Part shown: in pieces, positions 41,694-55,589 of the stretch
Layout: each line of letters starts with the position of its first letter
How positions within the stretch are numbered: the stretch's first letter is position 1
Origin: Gnetum montanum
Lineage: Eukaryota; Plantae; Gnetophyta
Direction: 5' to 3'
DNA: 64,000 nucleotides
Assembly: GCA_015680685.1 (NCBI GenBank)
Contig: MNCI01002928.1
Coordinates: 147,857-211,856 of the forward strand
Notes under the pieces: generated by a model
Database searches by the model: none
Told to the model about the DNA's origin: nothing
What the model saw: only the letters and a program-made list of their open reading frames with translations
Made by a program: the position numbers and the translations under genes

Positions 41694-41929
41694 TATGAGG
41701 CCAACAATTTGAAACCAAACAACTAGACAATGAGATCATCCACAAGGGTGACCTAAAATAATATTTGAAATAATAATTAAAATAAAAAAAATTAGAAATC
41801 CCATAATGAAATAATCAAGATCACATTGTATAACAAGTCATAGTTGAATACTCTATGTGTTTAAATAAAATATAAATAGCTCATAAGAATAATAATCACA
41901 GCTATATAGAATCGAAAAATCTAGGTTGC

Positions 41930-42690
41930 ATCAACTACAAAATTTCATGAACATATAAAATTAAAAGTAAATGTTAAAAAAACAAAAATTCTAATTTGTG
42001 AAACTAAAAAGAGAGATTTCACTTTTCATCTAAACAATAAAAAACTTGAGATTGTGCATAGTTGCAGATATTTAGGAGTAGAATACTTTCAAAATTATAA
42101 GTGAAAGCATTATACACAATAAAAAGTTATAAATAGATGGAAGGCTTTCTATAAAATGAAAAAAAATATAACACAAATAATATTTGGACTTAGAAAATTC
42201 AAAAATATCTTTTACAAACAATTGTACAAACTATAGTGCTTTATGAATGTATAGTGTGGGGGCTAAGTCATGATGAAGAATCATGGAAAAAAATTAAAAA
42301 ACTTGAAAAACAATTCTTGTTGGATGAATTCAAGATGAAAACTCAAATCCCCAATGCAATGCTTTTATTAGAAGCTAATTTGTTACCATTGGAAGCTGAA
42401 GTAATGTATCACTTCTTAACATTCTCCTGAGAAATAAAGTAGCAATATGATCTCAAGAGAGATCATATGAAAATCTCAATAATAGGGGTGATCCAATGAA
42501 GAACAATTATGGCTCCAAGAAATGGGGTATTAATAATATTGATAGAATACTAAATTCAAAACAACTTTGGAAGCAGATAAAGTTTTAGAGGGATGGAAAA
42601 ATGAGGTACAAATTCAAAGAAAAAAGGCTTTAATTTTACTAGAAAAATACTAGATTTAATAAACATGATGAAATAAAATATCTACATACA
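41930..42690 (+). mobile_element. Second LINE remnant (RT C-terminal part; RTE-X/L2-like)
   Basis: LKVNVKKTKI...LEIVHSCRYLGV...VLYECIVWG...SWKKIKKLEKQFL...PNAMLLLEANLLPLE. The pattern differs from the adjacent RTE. Confidence 0.7.
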
Positions 42691-43395
42691 TAAATTATAA
42701 ATAGGAGTGAACCCCTCCCATTATAACTTACTAAGAGAGGCCCAAGAAAAGAAAAGGAGCCAACATCTTTTATGAGAGGCCCATGCTAGAAGAGTAAAGA
42801 TGCTTCACAAAGAAGTATAAATAGGGGTAAACCCCTTCGATTATAACTTACTAAGAGAAGTGAAGTGAATAAAGAAGCTCTTTCTTTCCTTCATTTTGAG
42901 TGTTTAATGCAAGTGTTTGAGTGCTTAGTTGAAGCTCTCCTACCATCATCATTTTTCTCTTTCTTATATTCTTATAGCATGTATCTCTTACCTTAAGCAA
43001 TGGATCCCTCTTCATGGATTCTTCTATCAAGTTCTCACATATTTCTCTTGCATAATCTCTTATACATACATGCAATTGCACATGTTCACAAATAATATCT
43101 TATGTTTCAAGTTTTCTTCATGTTTTTGAACTTATTACCATATTTCTATATGTTTCCTTTATAGAATTCATGTAGTTTGAAGTAGATTTTTATTTAATTT
43201 TCTAGGATTTACTTCCAATTTTTACATTCAAGTTACTTTCTCTTAAATTTCATGCCCATGTTGAAAGTTTAAAGAGGGTTTTAGCCACTTTCTCATGAAT
43301 TTGATGCAAAAGCTCAGTTCTCTCCTTTCATGAGTTTGTTCCAAGCTATTCCAACTTAGGTTAGTTTTATAATGCATTTGAGGTCAATTAGGAGT

Positions 43396-43630
43396 ATCTA
43401 AAAGTGCTTATGCATGTTTTTATGATTTTTGTGCATGTTGCATAATTTTGAAAAAAAAAGATAAGTGTCTAATGTTATTCTTCTAATTCAAGCCTCCCAC
43501 ACCATGTTTAGAGACTGTGTTATATGTTTTCAAGCTTGTAAATGAGGTTGCCGTAAGCATTTTCTCCAATTATACTTTGAAATTCTTATTTACATTGTTC
43601 TTTATTTTTCTTGCAATTCCATAACCTCAC
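43396..43630 (+). repeat. Left copy of a ~235-bp direct duplication flanking the LTR element
   Basis: TCTAAAAGTGCTTATGCATG...CCATAACCTCAC, ends exactly at the LTR start; matches 49641-49880. Confidence 0.95.
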
Positions 43631-44540
43631 TGATGAGTGGCAAGGTACCCCTACACTCAACCATATGAATACGAGCGTTCATGCACGATCCAGTCAAACT
43701 CTGCAGATGGGCTAGTTGTGGTATCTAGATAGTTACATGTTGATTGCAGTTCGTTGTCTTCCCACCTAGACTAGTATTTGCTTTGTCACGTATCATTTAG
43801 TCCAGAGTGAGGTGTATAATGTGGTCCTAAGCTAGTGCTACTCCTAGAGGCAATGGAAAATAACTTCGTTTTAAGCTAAGAGGGAGTGGGAGAAGAGAAT
43901 CTAAGCTAGCCTAAGTGCAATGAGAACCTATCCTTAATCATTCATACACATCTTGGACCTCATGTACTAGTTCTGGGATTACCAAGCGTATATTACATGA
44001 GCACTCCTAGATATGCTACTGGGTTACCGAGTAGTCACACTTAAATGCTTGTGATTAAGTTGTACTCATTCTACATTTAATAACAATGATAGTGAAGGAA
44101 GATAAAGGTATATTAATTAAAAAAGCAATAAATAACAATAACATGTAAGCAGTTAAAACTAAGTGAATGCTGTAATGATGAAGTAATCTCGATCTTTATT
44201 ACTAGTCATGTGCATGTCCAAGTACGCCACACTTGAACAAAGGTTCCATTCAATTACAATCATCACACTATGAGCATACACTAAGGGAAAGAGTTGAGAG
44301 AAACTAAAACATGAACAAAAAGACTCTACTCTAATACTAACTAACTCTAAAACTTACTGTCCATTTTCCTATGCACCCAAATGTGTATTTATAGGCTTAC
44401 ATAAGGATCATGATATCGCGTATCTGATATCATTAGCCAAGCTGTGATATCGGGGGTCCAATATCGGGACTCATCAGACCTAATATCTTGTACCGAATAT
44501 TAGGAGTTTGATAATAGGGGTCTGATATCAAGACTCCTCA
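43631..44540 (-). repeat. 3' LTR of the Athila-like element
   Basis: Direct repeat of 48718-49640; contains GATATC-rich short repeats; candidate PPT (TACCCCCAC) follows at 44541. Confidence 0.92.
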
Positions 44541-47500
44541 TACCCCCACGATGGAATAAAAATTCATCCTCATGTCAAACAAAGTGAGAAATAAGTTCAT
44601 TCAATTACAAACAGTGGATAGGTATGGGATTATTGAATGAACATGGACTATTTCATGCTACAGTGTGGGATTAAACAAAATTTGGACATAGACACAAAAT
44701 ACAAAACTCATGGGACTCATGTGGTTCCTAGTGGTGGTGGCTCCTCCATGGGTGCCTTTTCCTTTGTCCTATGCTCCAGGCTTCTAAGATTGATACTGTT
44801 GAAGAAGCGCCTACCATTTCTTCTCTTCTATTCATGGATTATGAGTCATCCATGCTGATGTTCCAATCTTTGATAAAGTCAGCACTTCCCATAAATACAG
44901 TAGCTGTGGGAACATTTGATTGGCCTTGACATGCCATCCTGCAAATAGTTGTTGTTCCTCTTCATAGGCTTGGGCCCTAACCTCTCCAATTTTTTCTTGG
45001 CCAAATTATGCAATGACAAGAGTTCCCTGATGGATGTTGAATAATTATGCCTCCTGCTCTACATGTTCTGCATGAGGTCCCTGGCCTCTACCTTCCTCTA
45101 GTCATTCAGTTGCACCTTGAGAAGGTCCTCCTTATTGTCCTCTTTTAGGGACCATCTATAATCACACAAAGATCAATTGTTAGTAAGGTTATTAAAATAA
45201 GTTCAATTATTTCATACCTTACTCATTACCTTTAATAAATGTTGAATTCTTTACTTAGTTTGATTTTAGAGTTAGAAATTTTTTCAAGGAAGTTTCCCTA
45301 AAAGTTTAATGTCGGACATGATTTGTTTAGGTGACACATAAAAGGACATGTAATGGTTTTGAGGATCATTTGATAAAATGATGATAAAGGAAAGAATAGA
45401 TTTGGCAATGAAGTACTCAGAGGGTATAAAATGATTTGGTGGTGTGCAACAAGTACAAATTACAAAAGTCACGCAAGTGGATCCTCCCCAAAGCAAGTTC
45501 CAACCTATAATGTCCTTGTGTAACCACACCTTAAAATTTTTGTATGCACTAGAAGGATTAAATGTAATCTACACTGATGCACAAAACACACACATGCAAA
45601 TACCACCATGATGGGATATGAATTCAATGCTACACAAGAAACGAGTCACAAATATATGAACAACGAGATGAGGTAAATGGTAGAAGGGATTGCAGAAATT
45701 GGGACATGAGGTAACTAACCCAGGGCACAATGAATCTTGTGTAGGATGTGATTAATGTGTCATTAGCCCATTGCTCCAAAATCAAGACCAAGTCCATTCC
45801 TTCGATCAGTGACATCACATTATTTCATCTAATGATGGAGAACCATAATAGCATCATGATGGCAAGGCATACGATCACTTGGCATTTTTTGCAAGGAAGG
45901 AGTTATTTGGAATTTCTTTGCAACATACTTTTTGGTTGGCCGCTTTGGCACACTATCTCTCTGTTCTTTTTCTTATTTTTTTTTGATGTGTAATCCAGAG
46001 AAGCTGCCTACCTTTAGGCATGGGTGCATGTCTTTCCAGTGGGATCCCCTAAAATAGCATTGGGGAATTTTTTTTATCGATTGCCTTTATTACTCTTACT
46101 CCCATTTTTTGTTAGATCTACAAGGATCTTAGTACAACCAAGCTACATGATAACTCTTACAAATGTCACCAAAGAGAATCCACAAGTCCCCTTGATGTCA
46201 CACCCTGGCCATTCCCTCTTAGTCCATCATTTTTTGCTCTAGGCATAATGAGCAAAAAATTACTTTTAAGTTTTCATGATGTCAAGAATACCATCATACC
46301 CAGAGTAGAACCTCTTATTAATAGAATGGTTGGGTGGATGTTGTGGGCTCGCTGTCCAAATAATTAGACACCCGAGACTTGATAGCATAGAACAACACCT
46401 CAACCAATGAGTCACATGAGTGTTTTATTCATAGATGAGATTACCCATAAAAAAATAAAAAGATAAAACAATGAATTGAAAGATGAAAAACTGGAAAATA
46501 AAAAATCGTAAAATTAAGAAAATGAAAAACATTTATTAATTCTATTTGTTAGAATGGGGGATATCTCCCATAACTAAACTTTTCATCATAGCAAGAATTA
46601 ATAAATGGAAGGGTTGGATCCATGCATTTTAAAAATATTGGGACCTGGTCATATTTAAACCACTAGGTGTCTTTTAATGTCGTGGTTGGAATGTACCCAA
46701 ATTGGGGTGCACACACTATATTAAAGTTGACATAGTGGGACAAGTTAGAAGATGAGTTTAATTGATACAAAGTTGACCCACTATGGCACCCTTGATCGTA
46801 AGATGGTATGCAAGGATCAATATTTCTCCCTATGTGGCTATATTCATTGGGTCGCATAGTTGTTAGAGTATTGATTGGTGGCCCTGATAAGGTAACATAA
46901 GGTGTTGGGTTTGAGGAGAAAGATGCACCATAGTGTTGAACTTGTGCTAAGTTGGAGGATGTAGTGGTCTTGAAACTATGCTGCCCCTTTCTATGGTCAC
47001 GTCTAAAGAAGGGATGCCTTCGATGTTGTGGAGGGTTCCTACTACTATTAATAATAGCAACATAAGTAATGTTCATGGGTTGATGTTATGGTGCAAACCC
47101 TTTGGGTACAATTGGTGGCGATGTAGAAGGAGGTGAAGGATAAGAATATTGAGGATGAGGAGAAGTGTAAGGCACATGAGGTGGTGATCGTGTTGGATAG
47201 GATATGGGTTGATAGTATTTAGGAGAATGATAATAATGTGGTGAGATACAGGATATTGACCCAGTTGGGGAAACAGGATGCTAAACATGATAAGCACTTG
47301 GATTTGGATGATATGAAGGGTCTGACTAGTTTGGGGGTGGCCTCCCCCACAACTGGGATTTTTGCCATTGTGATTGAACATAGTATTTTTGTACGAACTC
47401 TGGATGTACCATTCTTCCCCAATGCTCATATAAATGTGATAGGATTTGGCATTGACCTTTGGGGTGATCATACAGGCAAATGTTACATTGATATATATGA

Positions 47501-48717
47501 TTAGCAATTGAGTTCTTATTCTCTTCAACCCTTCTTTCCAATTGTCTAAGGGTGTTATGTCCTACTTCTTGGTTCATCATGATTCTACCTCTAATAGTAT
47601 TGGCATATTCTCCACATTTTTCATGTATTCATTCTATCATCTAATTGATCTTTGCCTTAATTTCATCCAATGATTGTAGTATTGGCAAAGATGATTCCAC
47701 CTCCTTAAGGTGAGTTTATTTCTCCTCTTCATGATTATGGACCTTTACTAATCCAAGATTTTAGTCCTATTGAGAACTTCCAACATTCTCCCACTTAGCC
47801 ATTTCTCCTTCTTCTTTTGCTACCCACTTAATAAGCTCTTGGAATTGATGGGTTCATAGCTCATACAATTGACCTAGTGCATACATCCCTAGGGTCTCCC
47901 TTATCTCATTATGGAGCTCATCCATGATGTGGTACATTAGCCTTTCCTCGAAAAACCCATGGCCTAGAAATTTTTTTAACAAAGAGTAATATCTTTCTAA
48001 GGCCATGTCCAAGGGTTCATGTTGTGCTATTTCCATTCTTGGATTTGTCTCCTCAAGGCTGACACTATTGCATAGGTTTGATATCTTTCATTGAATAGTT
48101 CTACCATTGTTAGCCAACATCGAATTGGTTTTGGTCATAAGGACCTGTACCATACTTTTGCGCGGCCAACGAGTGTTGTAGGAAACAGCTTAAGTTTCTT
48201 CCACCCATTATCAATATTGTTCCATACACAAGCATCATGGAAGGCTTGAAAATGATGTTGCAGACCTAAATCATAGCCTCTTGAGAATTTGGAAAAGTTG
48301 TTTAAATCAAGCTTAGGTAGATGGCTTTCCTTGCGATGCCTGCAGGATATTCAAATAACCTCTTGTATATGCATTAGGTTCTTAGTGGCTAGCAGGGGTT
48401 CATCATCAATAGGTAGGTTATGCATTTGGGAGTTGGGATGATGTTGTATTTTTTTTATGCACATAGGAGACCCCTGCATCAAATTGAGCACTTCAAACTT
48501 TGTCTTCATCATCATATAATTCATTGGTTCTCCAATGAATTACCTTACTAGTTGTTGCATTATCATAGTCTTGTGAGAGAGACATTGTTGTGAAATTGTG
48601 TGTGACTTGTTTGCAATTACTTCTTTCTAAAATATTTATTGTTAATACTCTATTACAACAATCTTGTATGATGTAACTAATCTAAATAACTAGCACCATC
48701 CCTGACAACGGTACCAA

Positions 48718-49640
48718 TGATGAGTGACAAGATACCCCTACACTCAACCATATGAATATGAGCATTCATGCACAATCTGGTTGAACTTCACAGACAGGCT
48801 AGTTGTGGTATCTAGATAGTTACATGTTGTTCATAGTTCTTTGTCTTTCCTCTTGGACTAGTATTTGCTTTGTCACGTATGGTTTAGTCCAGAGTGAGGT
48901 GTATGATGTGATCATAAGCTAGTGCTACTCCTAGAGGCAATGGAAATAACTTCGTTTTAAGCTAAGAGGGAGTGGAAGAAGAGAATCTAAGCTAGCCTAA
49001 GTGTGATGAGCATCTGTTCTTAATCATCCATACACATCTTGGACCTCATGTACTACTTCTGGGATTACCAAGCGTATATTACTTGAGCGCTCCTAGATAT
49101 GCTACTGGGTTACCGAGTAGTCACACTTAAATTCTTGTGCTTAAGTCGTACTCATTCTACATTTAATAATAGGGATAGTGAAGGAAGGTAAAGGGATATT
49201 AATTAAGAAATTAATAAATAACAATAGCAATTAAGCAGTTAAAACTAAGTGAATGCTACAATGATGAAGTAATCTCGATCTTTATTGTTGATCATGTGTG
49301 TGTCCAAGTACGTCACACTCAAATAAAGGTTCTGTACAATTACAATCATCACACTACAGGCATGCACTGAGGGAAAGAGTTGAGAGGAACTAAAAAATGA
49401 ACAAAAAGACTCTACTCTAATACTAACTGACTCTCAAAATTACTGCCCTTTTTCCTGTGCACCCAAATGTGTATTTATAGGCTTACACAGGGATCACGAT
49501 ATCACATATCCGATATCGTTAACCAGGCTTCGATATTGAGTACTCGATATTGGGGGTCTAATATCAGGACTCATCAGACCTGATATCTTATACCCAATAT
49601 CAGGGGTCTGATAACAGGGGTTTGATATCAGGACTCATCA
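48718..49640 (-). repeat. 5' LTR of the Athila-like element
   Basis: Adjacent to the PBS; direct repeat of 43631-44540. Confidence 0.92.
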
Positions 49641-49880
49641 TTCTAAAAAAAGTGATTATGCATGTTTTTATGATTTTTGTGCATGTTTCATAATTCTGAA
49701 AAAAAAAGAGATAAGTGTCTGATGTTATTCTTCTAATTCAAGCCTCCCACACCATGTTTAGAGAATGTGTTATATGTTTTCAAGCTTGTAAATGAGGTTG
49801 GAGTTGGCATTTTATCCAATTATACTTTGAAATTCTTGTTTACATCATTCTTTATTTTTCTTGCAATTCCATAACCTCAC
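49641..49880 (+). repeat. Right copy of the ~235-bp flanking duplication
   Basis: TTCTAAAAAAAGTGATTATGCATG...CCATAACCTCAC, begins exactly after the LTR end CTCATCA. Confidence 0.95.
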
Positions 49881-50478
49881 TATGATCCTACCATGATCCG
49901 TTGTGAGCTTTGTTTTAGAATTTAAATAAATCATGACCTATGATCAATTTATGGTTTGTAAATTAGGTCATCATGACCTATGATTAACCTATTGTTCAAT
50001 ATTTGAAGTACGATAGAAGTGAAAGAAGGTTCATAGCAATCACTATGACCTTACCATGATCCATGGTCAAATATTGTTTTACTTAATTTAAATTTTCTCT
50101 CTAATTTTCAAGATCACAACCCATGGTATTATAATATGAATATCCCATAGCCTCACTACAATGCATGGTCAAATTCCACAACTCATGATTTGCCATCATA
50201 ACCAAGCCTTAACTCACAGTGTTGCTTGTGGTCATGAAAATCACCAAATTTTGAGATAAAATTTTAAAAATAGATAAAGGTTGAGGACTTTATTCTATTA
50301 TTATGTAGCTTTGAAAAGAATGGGATCACACCATCTCTAAGTTGACATTTGAAGATGGAACAATGAGTAACATAAAGATAAAATATGCTAATTATGTTTA
50401 CTAAAAGTGGTAGAAAATGAGTAACATGTATTATTAGAATGCTATGGAAAATATTTCTTCAAAAGAGAATAGTAAATT

Positions 50479-53400
50479 TGATGAGGAGGTCCCATGGATT
50501 CCACAAATCAAGCTCTCTCAAAGTCACAAAATAGAAAATTTGAAGAAAAGGAAAAAGAAAAGCTTTATTCTTTCCCAAATGAATACTTTACAGATGAAAG
50601 GAAGCATAAATTCCCAAGGATAGATAAGAGATTCAATCAAACTCTTACATACTCAATCAAATAAATCACACACACACAAAAGGATGATCATCAAGGCACC
50701 TTGCCAAGATTCTATCTCTCCTTCTACTCTTCTCTCAACTCCCTACACTCTCTCTCTAGACTCTCTTTTTAGACTCTCTTGATCAAATTGGAGGCCCAAG
50801 AAATCTATTTATATTTTTTTCTCCCTATCACTTCATCTTTCATTTAATTTATCATTTAATTTAGTGTTTGTTAAAATTTGTGTGAGAAGTCCATGAGAAA
50901 TAAGAGACATCTATCTCGAGTGCAAAGGATATCAAAGTAGATGTCTTGGTTGAGACATGTAGTTGGGACATCTCATTTGAAGTTGGAACATCTCACTTAT
51001 AGTTGGGATGTCTCACCTAAAAGGCCAAAATACAAATATGCTTGTTTTGAGGCTTGGAACCTCTAGATGCCTCCAAACAAGTCCCCATATCTAAAACATC
51101 CTAAACTTCTCAAAATAGCTACAAAACACTTCTAAACATGTCAAAACTCTAAGGAAACATCTCATAATTGGAGAGATGTTACATTGGTCTTTTTGATGTC
51201 CACATCAACACCCTCATTCTTCAAAATACTCTTGATTCTCACACAAGATGCCTTTACACTTGGGATACCTATAGCCCCCTCACATAGGCAACAATTCACA
51301 CACAAACCAAATCATGATGCACTTGGAATGGTTAGAGCTCACAACATTTTCTCTAACAAACACATATAGGCATACAATAGAATGTATGAAACACACACAC
51401 ACACACACACACACAATTTTTTGCTTACGTCATAATGGAACAATTCATGAAAGAAGAGTGAATGGTCTTTTCCCTCAAAGGCTTCATCATGTTTCCATTT
51501 TGAGAGCACCAAATCTCATATGTTTCTTCCATGACTTACAACAAAATAAGATTAAGAAACTTCAAAAGGATTAGGTCTCCTTAAACCAATTTCCCTTCTT
51601 CCAACCTTTTTCCTCTTCTTCATCTTCTTTTTCTTGGTGTTTGGAAGACTACCACTTAGCTTCCCTTTACCATCATCATCACAATGCAAATTATCTTCAT
51701 GCTACTCATCCATTTCATAGCTACGATAATCATGATCATCAACACCTTTGACAAATTCATCCTTGTCATAATGCATAGAAAAGATCTCCAATTTTTGGAA
51801 AATCACATCATTATCATTGTCTTCACCAACATCAATAATGACCTTTCTACTATGATTACTACCATAGCCATCATTATCCCATACAAAATTAAATTCATTA
51901 CCATCATTAGCTTTTCTTTCACTAACAATGGTATTAAAATTCACATTGTTTGTATCAAACAAAACAAGACTCACAACATTATCATAATCACTACAATGAT
52001 CATGATGCACATCATTACCATTGAACAAACCACTACCAAGGTGAAGTGAAAAACTAGCATCATCACACTAGCTTCAACATGAGAAACATTACGACCATCA
52101 ACAAGGTAAAGCTCATACTTACCTCTTCATGGCTTCTCCCATCCAATTTTAGTTCAACTTGAACTTCAACATGTGCCTAGCTAATCTCATCAAAGCTTAA
52201 AGGTTTAACCCAAATAGGATTTCCTAATTCCAATGGCTTCTCCTCTTCAAAGGAATCATTAACAAGCTCTTCATCCTATTTTGGAGGCACCAACTCAAAA
52301 GATAAACTCTCCTCCATGGCTTTAACATCATTTTCATCAAAAACACCATCACAGCAATCATTCTTCCACATACCTTGGCTGGAAGACTCCTTTATCTCCC
52401 ATGAGATAGCCTCAACTTGGCTTACAATCTCTTTTCTGTTGCCACAAGGTATAGAACAATTGCAAAAGTATGAGAATCATACCTTTTAGTAATACTCTTG
52501 GCCCTTCTTGGAGAAGTCCCTTGATCCTAACCACTTCTTTGGCTTCGATCCTTCACTTCCCATGACACATGAGGTAGGAACTCTCCTTGATTAGTATCAT
52601 ACATCATCTTGGACCTTGAAGATCTTTTGGTCCCTTTGATAAAGTCCTTCATTTCCTTCCTTGAAACCTTGGAGTATTGAGCACTCCTTTTTTCAACAAG
52701 AGATAATTAAGAAATCCTTTATCTCTACTTCATTAGATCTTTCTTCTTTCTCATTTCCTTGATTAATATTTACATTTCCCATAAAAATGCAAGAATTAAT
52801 TTTTGTTGCATCTTCAATCACAAGAGGTCTACCTTCATTAGAGGATTATTTCTTTTCTAAGATTTGGAATTTCTTTCTCTTGGAAACCTTTGGCTTATTA
52901 TAGTCCCATTATTTGTGTCCCTTTTCACCACAATTGAAGCACTGAAGGTTGGAGGCATAACCATTTCCTTGACCTTTCCCTTTCTTAGAGTAGTCCTTCT
53001 TGAAATCTTTGTCCTCCTTGGACTTCTGTTGCTTCTCATTGATGACTTCCTTGACATTTCCATTCTCCTTGGCTCCTTTCTTACTTTGAAAAGCTTTTAG
53101 AGTTCTTGTCCTTAGAAGATTTAGGACCTCTAGTATAGCCTTGAAGTTTCTTTTCATTCTTAAGAGCTAATTCAAAAGCCTCATCCAATGTTTCGAGCTC
53201 CTAGAAGGTTAGCTCTTATTGATAATCGCTTTTAAGTCTTCTTTGAAAGTTATATGCTTGTTCATAATCATCCCAATGAACTTTTGTAAGCTGGAAATCC
53301 TTACAAAAATCCATGTAGTAGTCCTTCACACTCTTATCACCTTGCCTTAGGTACTTCAATTTTTGGATGGCCTCTTGTCTATGATGAGTCTTCTCAAATT

Positions 53401-55152
53401 TTTTCTTGAGCATGAATTGCATTAAAGACCAATCCTTGATAGGAGTACTATTGTTCACCTTGTAAGAATGACTTTCCTTCTCCCACCATACAAGTGTTAT
53501 GCCTTCTAATTTGTTTTTAGCAAAAGACACATTTTGATGATTTTCCACATCTTCAAGTTCAAAGTACTTGTTAATCATTTTCAACCAAGAGAGAAAAGAT
53601 TCAATTCCTTCCATGTCGTTGAAGGATTTGACTTCAACATGAGGCATCCTTGAAGCATGTCTAAAAGCTTTTGCAAGAGTGACTTCAATTCCTTCACCTT
53701 GCTTCCTTTGAGGCTTAGGGGAAAGTTCCTTTTTCCCTTTCCTAGGAAACATGAAGCCTTGAGACTTATTTTCAGCACTATAATCATGAAGAAAGACATC
53801 ATCTTAAGCTTCTCCTTCTTTAAAGTAGTCATCTTCAAGGAATTGCATTTAGGTATGTCTTCAAGAAGGTATTGGTGAAGAACTGCATGACTTGTACCCT
53901 TGCTTGGATGCTTTTGGTGAAGTAGCATGTTTTTTATTCTCCCCAAGCTTTTTAGTTTTCTCAAAAATAACCTTGAGAAAATTTCTCATGTATCCATGTC
54001 CCTTGAGAAAGCTTGAATTGTCTTCTTTATTAGAAGCATGATGGAGATTGATCTAAAAGGCAATTTACATAAAATTCTGCAATGAAAGGTGAAATTTTCA
54101 AGATTTCTCAAGGAATGAGATAAGAAATTATCATATCTTAAGGGAAATGAGCATAAGATCTTCAAACCTAGATATTACAAGACAATGGATGTTCAATTCC
54201 ACAATTATCTTCCAATTATTAAAAGATATGATAAACTTAGAAATCAACAGGAAATTTTTAAACCCTAGGATGAGTAGAACAAATTGCAAGAGAGAATTCA
54301 TCCAAGCTTGAGAATTTGGAGTGATTCTTTGCAATTAGGATGAGAATTATCCAGTTGAATGCAATTGTCTTCAATTCCAAGCTACTTTGATACCAATCTA
54401 ATGAGGACCTCCCATGGATTCCACAATCCAAGCTCTCTCAAAGTTACAAAACAACAAATTTGAATAAGAAAAGAAAAATGAAAATTGTATTCTTGCTAAA
54501 ATGAAGAATTTACATATGAAAGAAAGCATAAATTCCCAAGGATAGATAAGAGATTCAATCAAACTCTCACACACACACAAGGATGATCATCAAGGCACCT
54601 TGCCAAGACTTTATCTCTCCTTCTACTTTTCTCTCAAATCCATACACTTTCTCTTTCTCTCTCTAGACTCTCTTTATATACTCTCTTGACCAAATTGGAG
54701 GTCCAAGAAATTTATTTATATCTTTTTCACCCTATCTCTTCATCTTCCCTCTAACTTATCATTTAATTTAATTTTTTTTTAAATCCATGTGGGATGTCTA
54801 TGAGAAATAGGAGAGATTTATCTTGAGTGTAGAGGATATCAGAGTAGACATCTTAGGGAAGATGTCTTCTAGTAGAAGTCTTGGCTGAAACATCTCATAT
54901 GTAGTTGGGATGTCTCATTTGTAGTTGGGTCGTCTCACTTATAATTAGGAGGTCTCACCTACAAGGCCAAAATGCAAAGATGCTTATTTTGAGGCTTGGA
55001 ACCTCTGGACATCTCCAAACAAGTCCCCATAGCCTCCAAAACATCCTAAACTCATCAAAATAGCCTTGAAACATTTCCAAACATGTTAAAAATTCAAGGA
55101 ATGATTCCATCATTGGAGAAATGTTACATTAGCCTATTTGATGTTCACATCA
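50479..55152 (-). mobile_element. Complete non-autonomous CRM-like LTR retrotransposon (gag only)
   Basis: LTRs 50479-51207 and 54399-55152 with T(G/A)ATG...CATCA ends. TSD AAATT/AAATC. PBS reverse complement TGGTATCAAAGT at 54384-54395. PPT reverse complement GAAGAATGAGGGTGT at 51208-51222. gag 53216-53752 plus zinc knuckle CFNCGEKGH at ~52915-52940. Confidence 0.9.
52909..53752 (-). pseudogene. gag pseudogene of the CRM-like element
   Basis: ESFLSWL...KYFELED...FAKNKLEGITLVWW...YLRQGDKSVKDY, then QCFNCGEKGH; interrupted by stops and frameshift. Confidence 0.85.
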
Positions 55153-55589
55153 AAATCTATAATCAATCTTTTTATGAGTAATTTAACCTGCTAATGTCAA
55201 TTGTAAAGAATTATATATAAGACAAGTTCAAATTACATGAATGTTAGACACATCTATTGCACTTAGGATTTATTACTATTGATGTGTTTTTCATAACTTA
55301 ATTTGTCTAAAAGATCCTTTAGATTTACATAGAATGTAATAAAATTATCGATATTATTAGCAAAAACAAAGACTTTAGCAAATAAATTATCAAGGGTTCA
55401 AATCCAAGCAGGGCTAAACATACCAATAAAGGACAAAAAGGGTTCTTATACCAAGGATGTGATACTTATGTAATTACTTTTCTTTGACATCAAGTATTAA
55501 TAAAACAAAAAAGAATTATTAGGTGGAACCTTAATGCTTAACCTCTTCAAATAGCTACTCGCCATGCTCAAGTTCATGTTTTCCAAATT

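Larger units (their letters stand above)
43631..49640 (-). mobile_element. Complete non-autonomous Athila-like LTR retrotransposon (gag remnant, no RT/INT visible)
   Basis: Paired LTRs 43631-44540 and 48718-49640 (TGATGAG...CTC(A/C)TCA). PBS reverse complement TGGTACCGTTGTCAGG at ~48701-48716 (tRNA-Asp/Athila type). gag KLKLFPTTLVGRAKVWYRSL at ~48140-48200. Internal region only ~4.2 kb. Confidence 0.88.

Noticed and set aside
42696-42860. ~45-bp TATA-containing segment duplicated ~120 bp apart
   Set aside because: Real but likely a local duplication in an old LTR; nothing suggests function.
51684-52049. Hydrophobic Ile-rich 121-aa ORF resembling a membrane or env protein
   Set aside because: Antisense reading of ATC/ATT-rich low-complexity sequence inside the CRM-like element.
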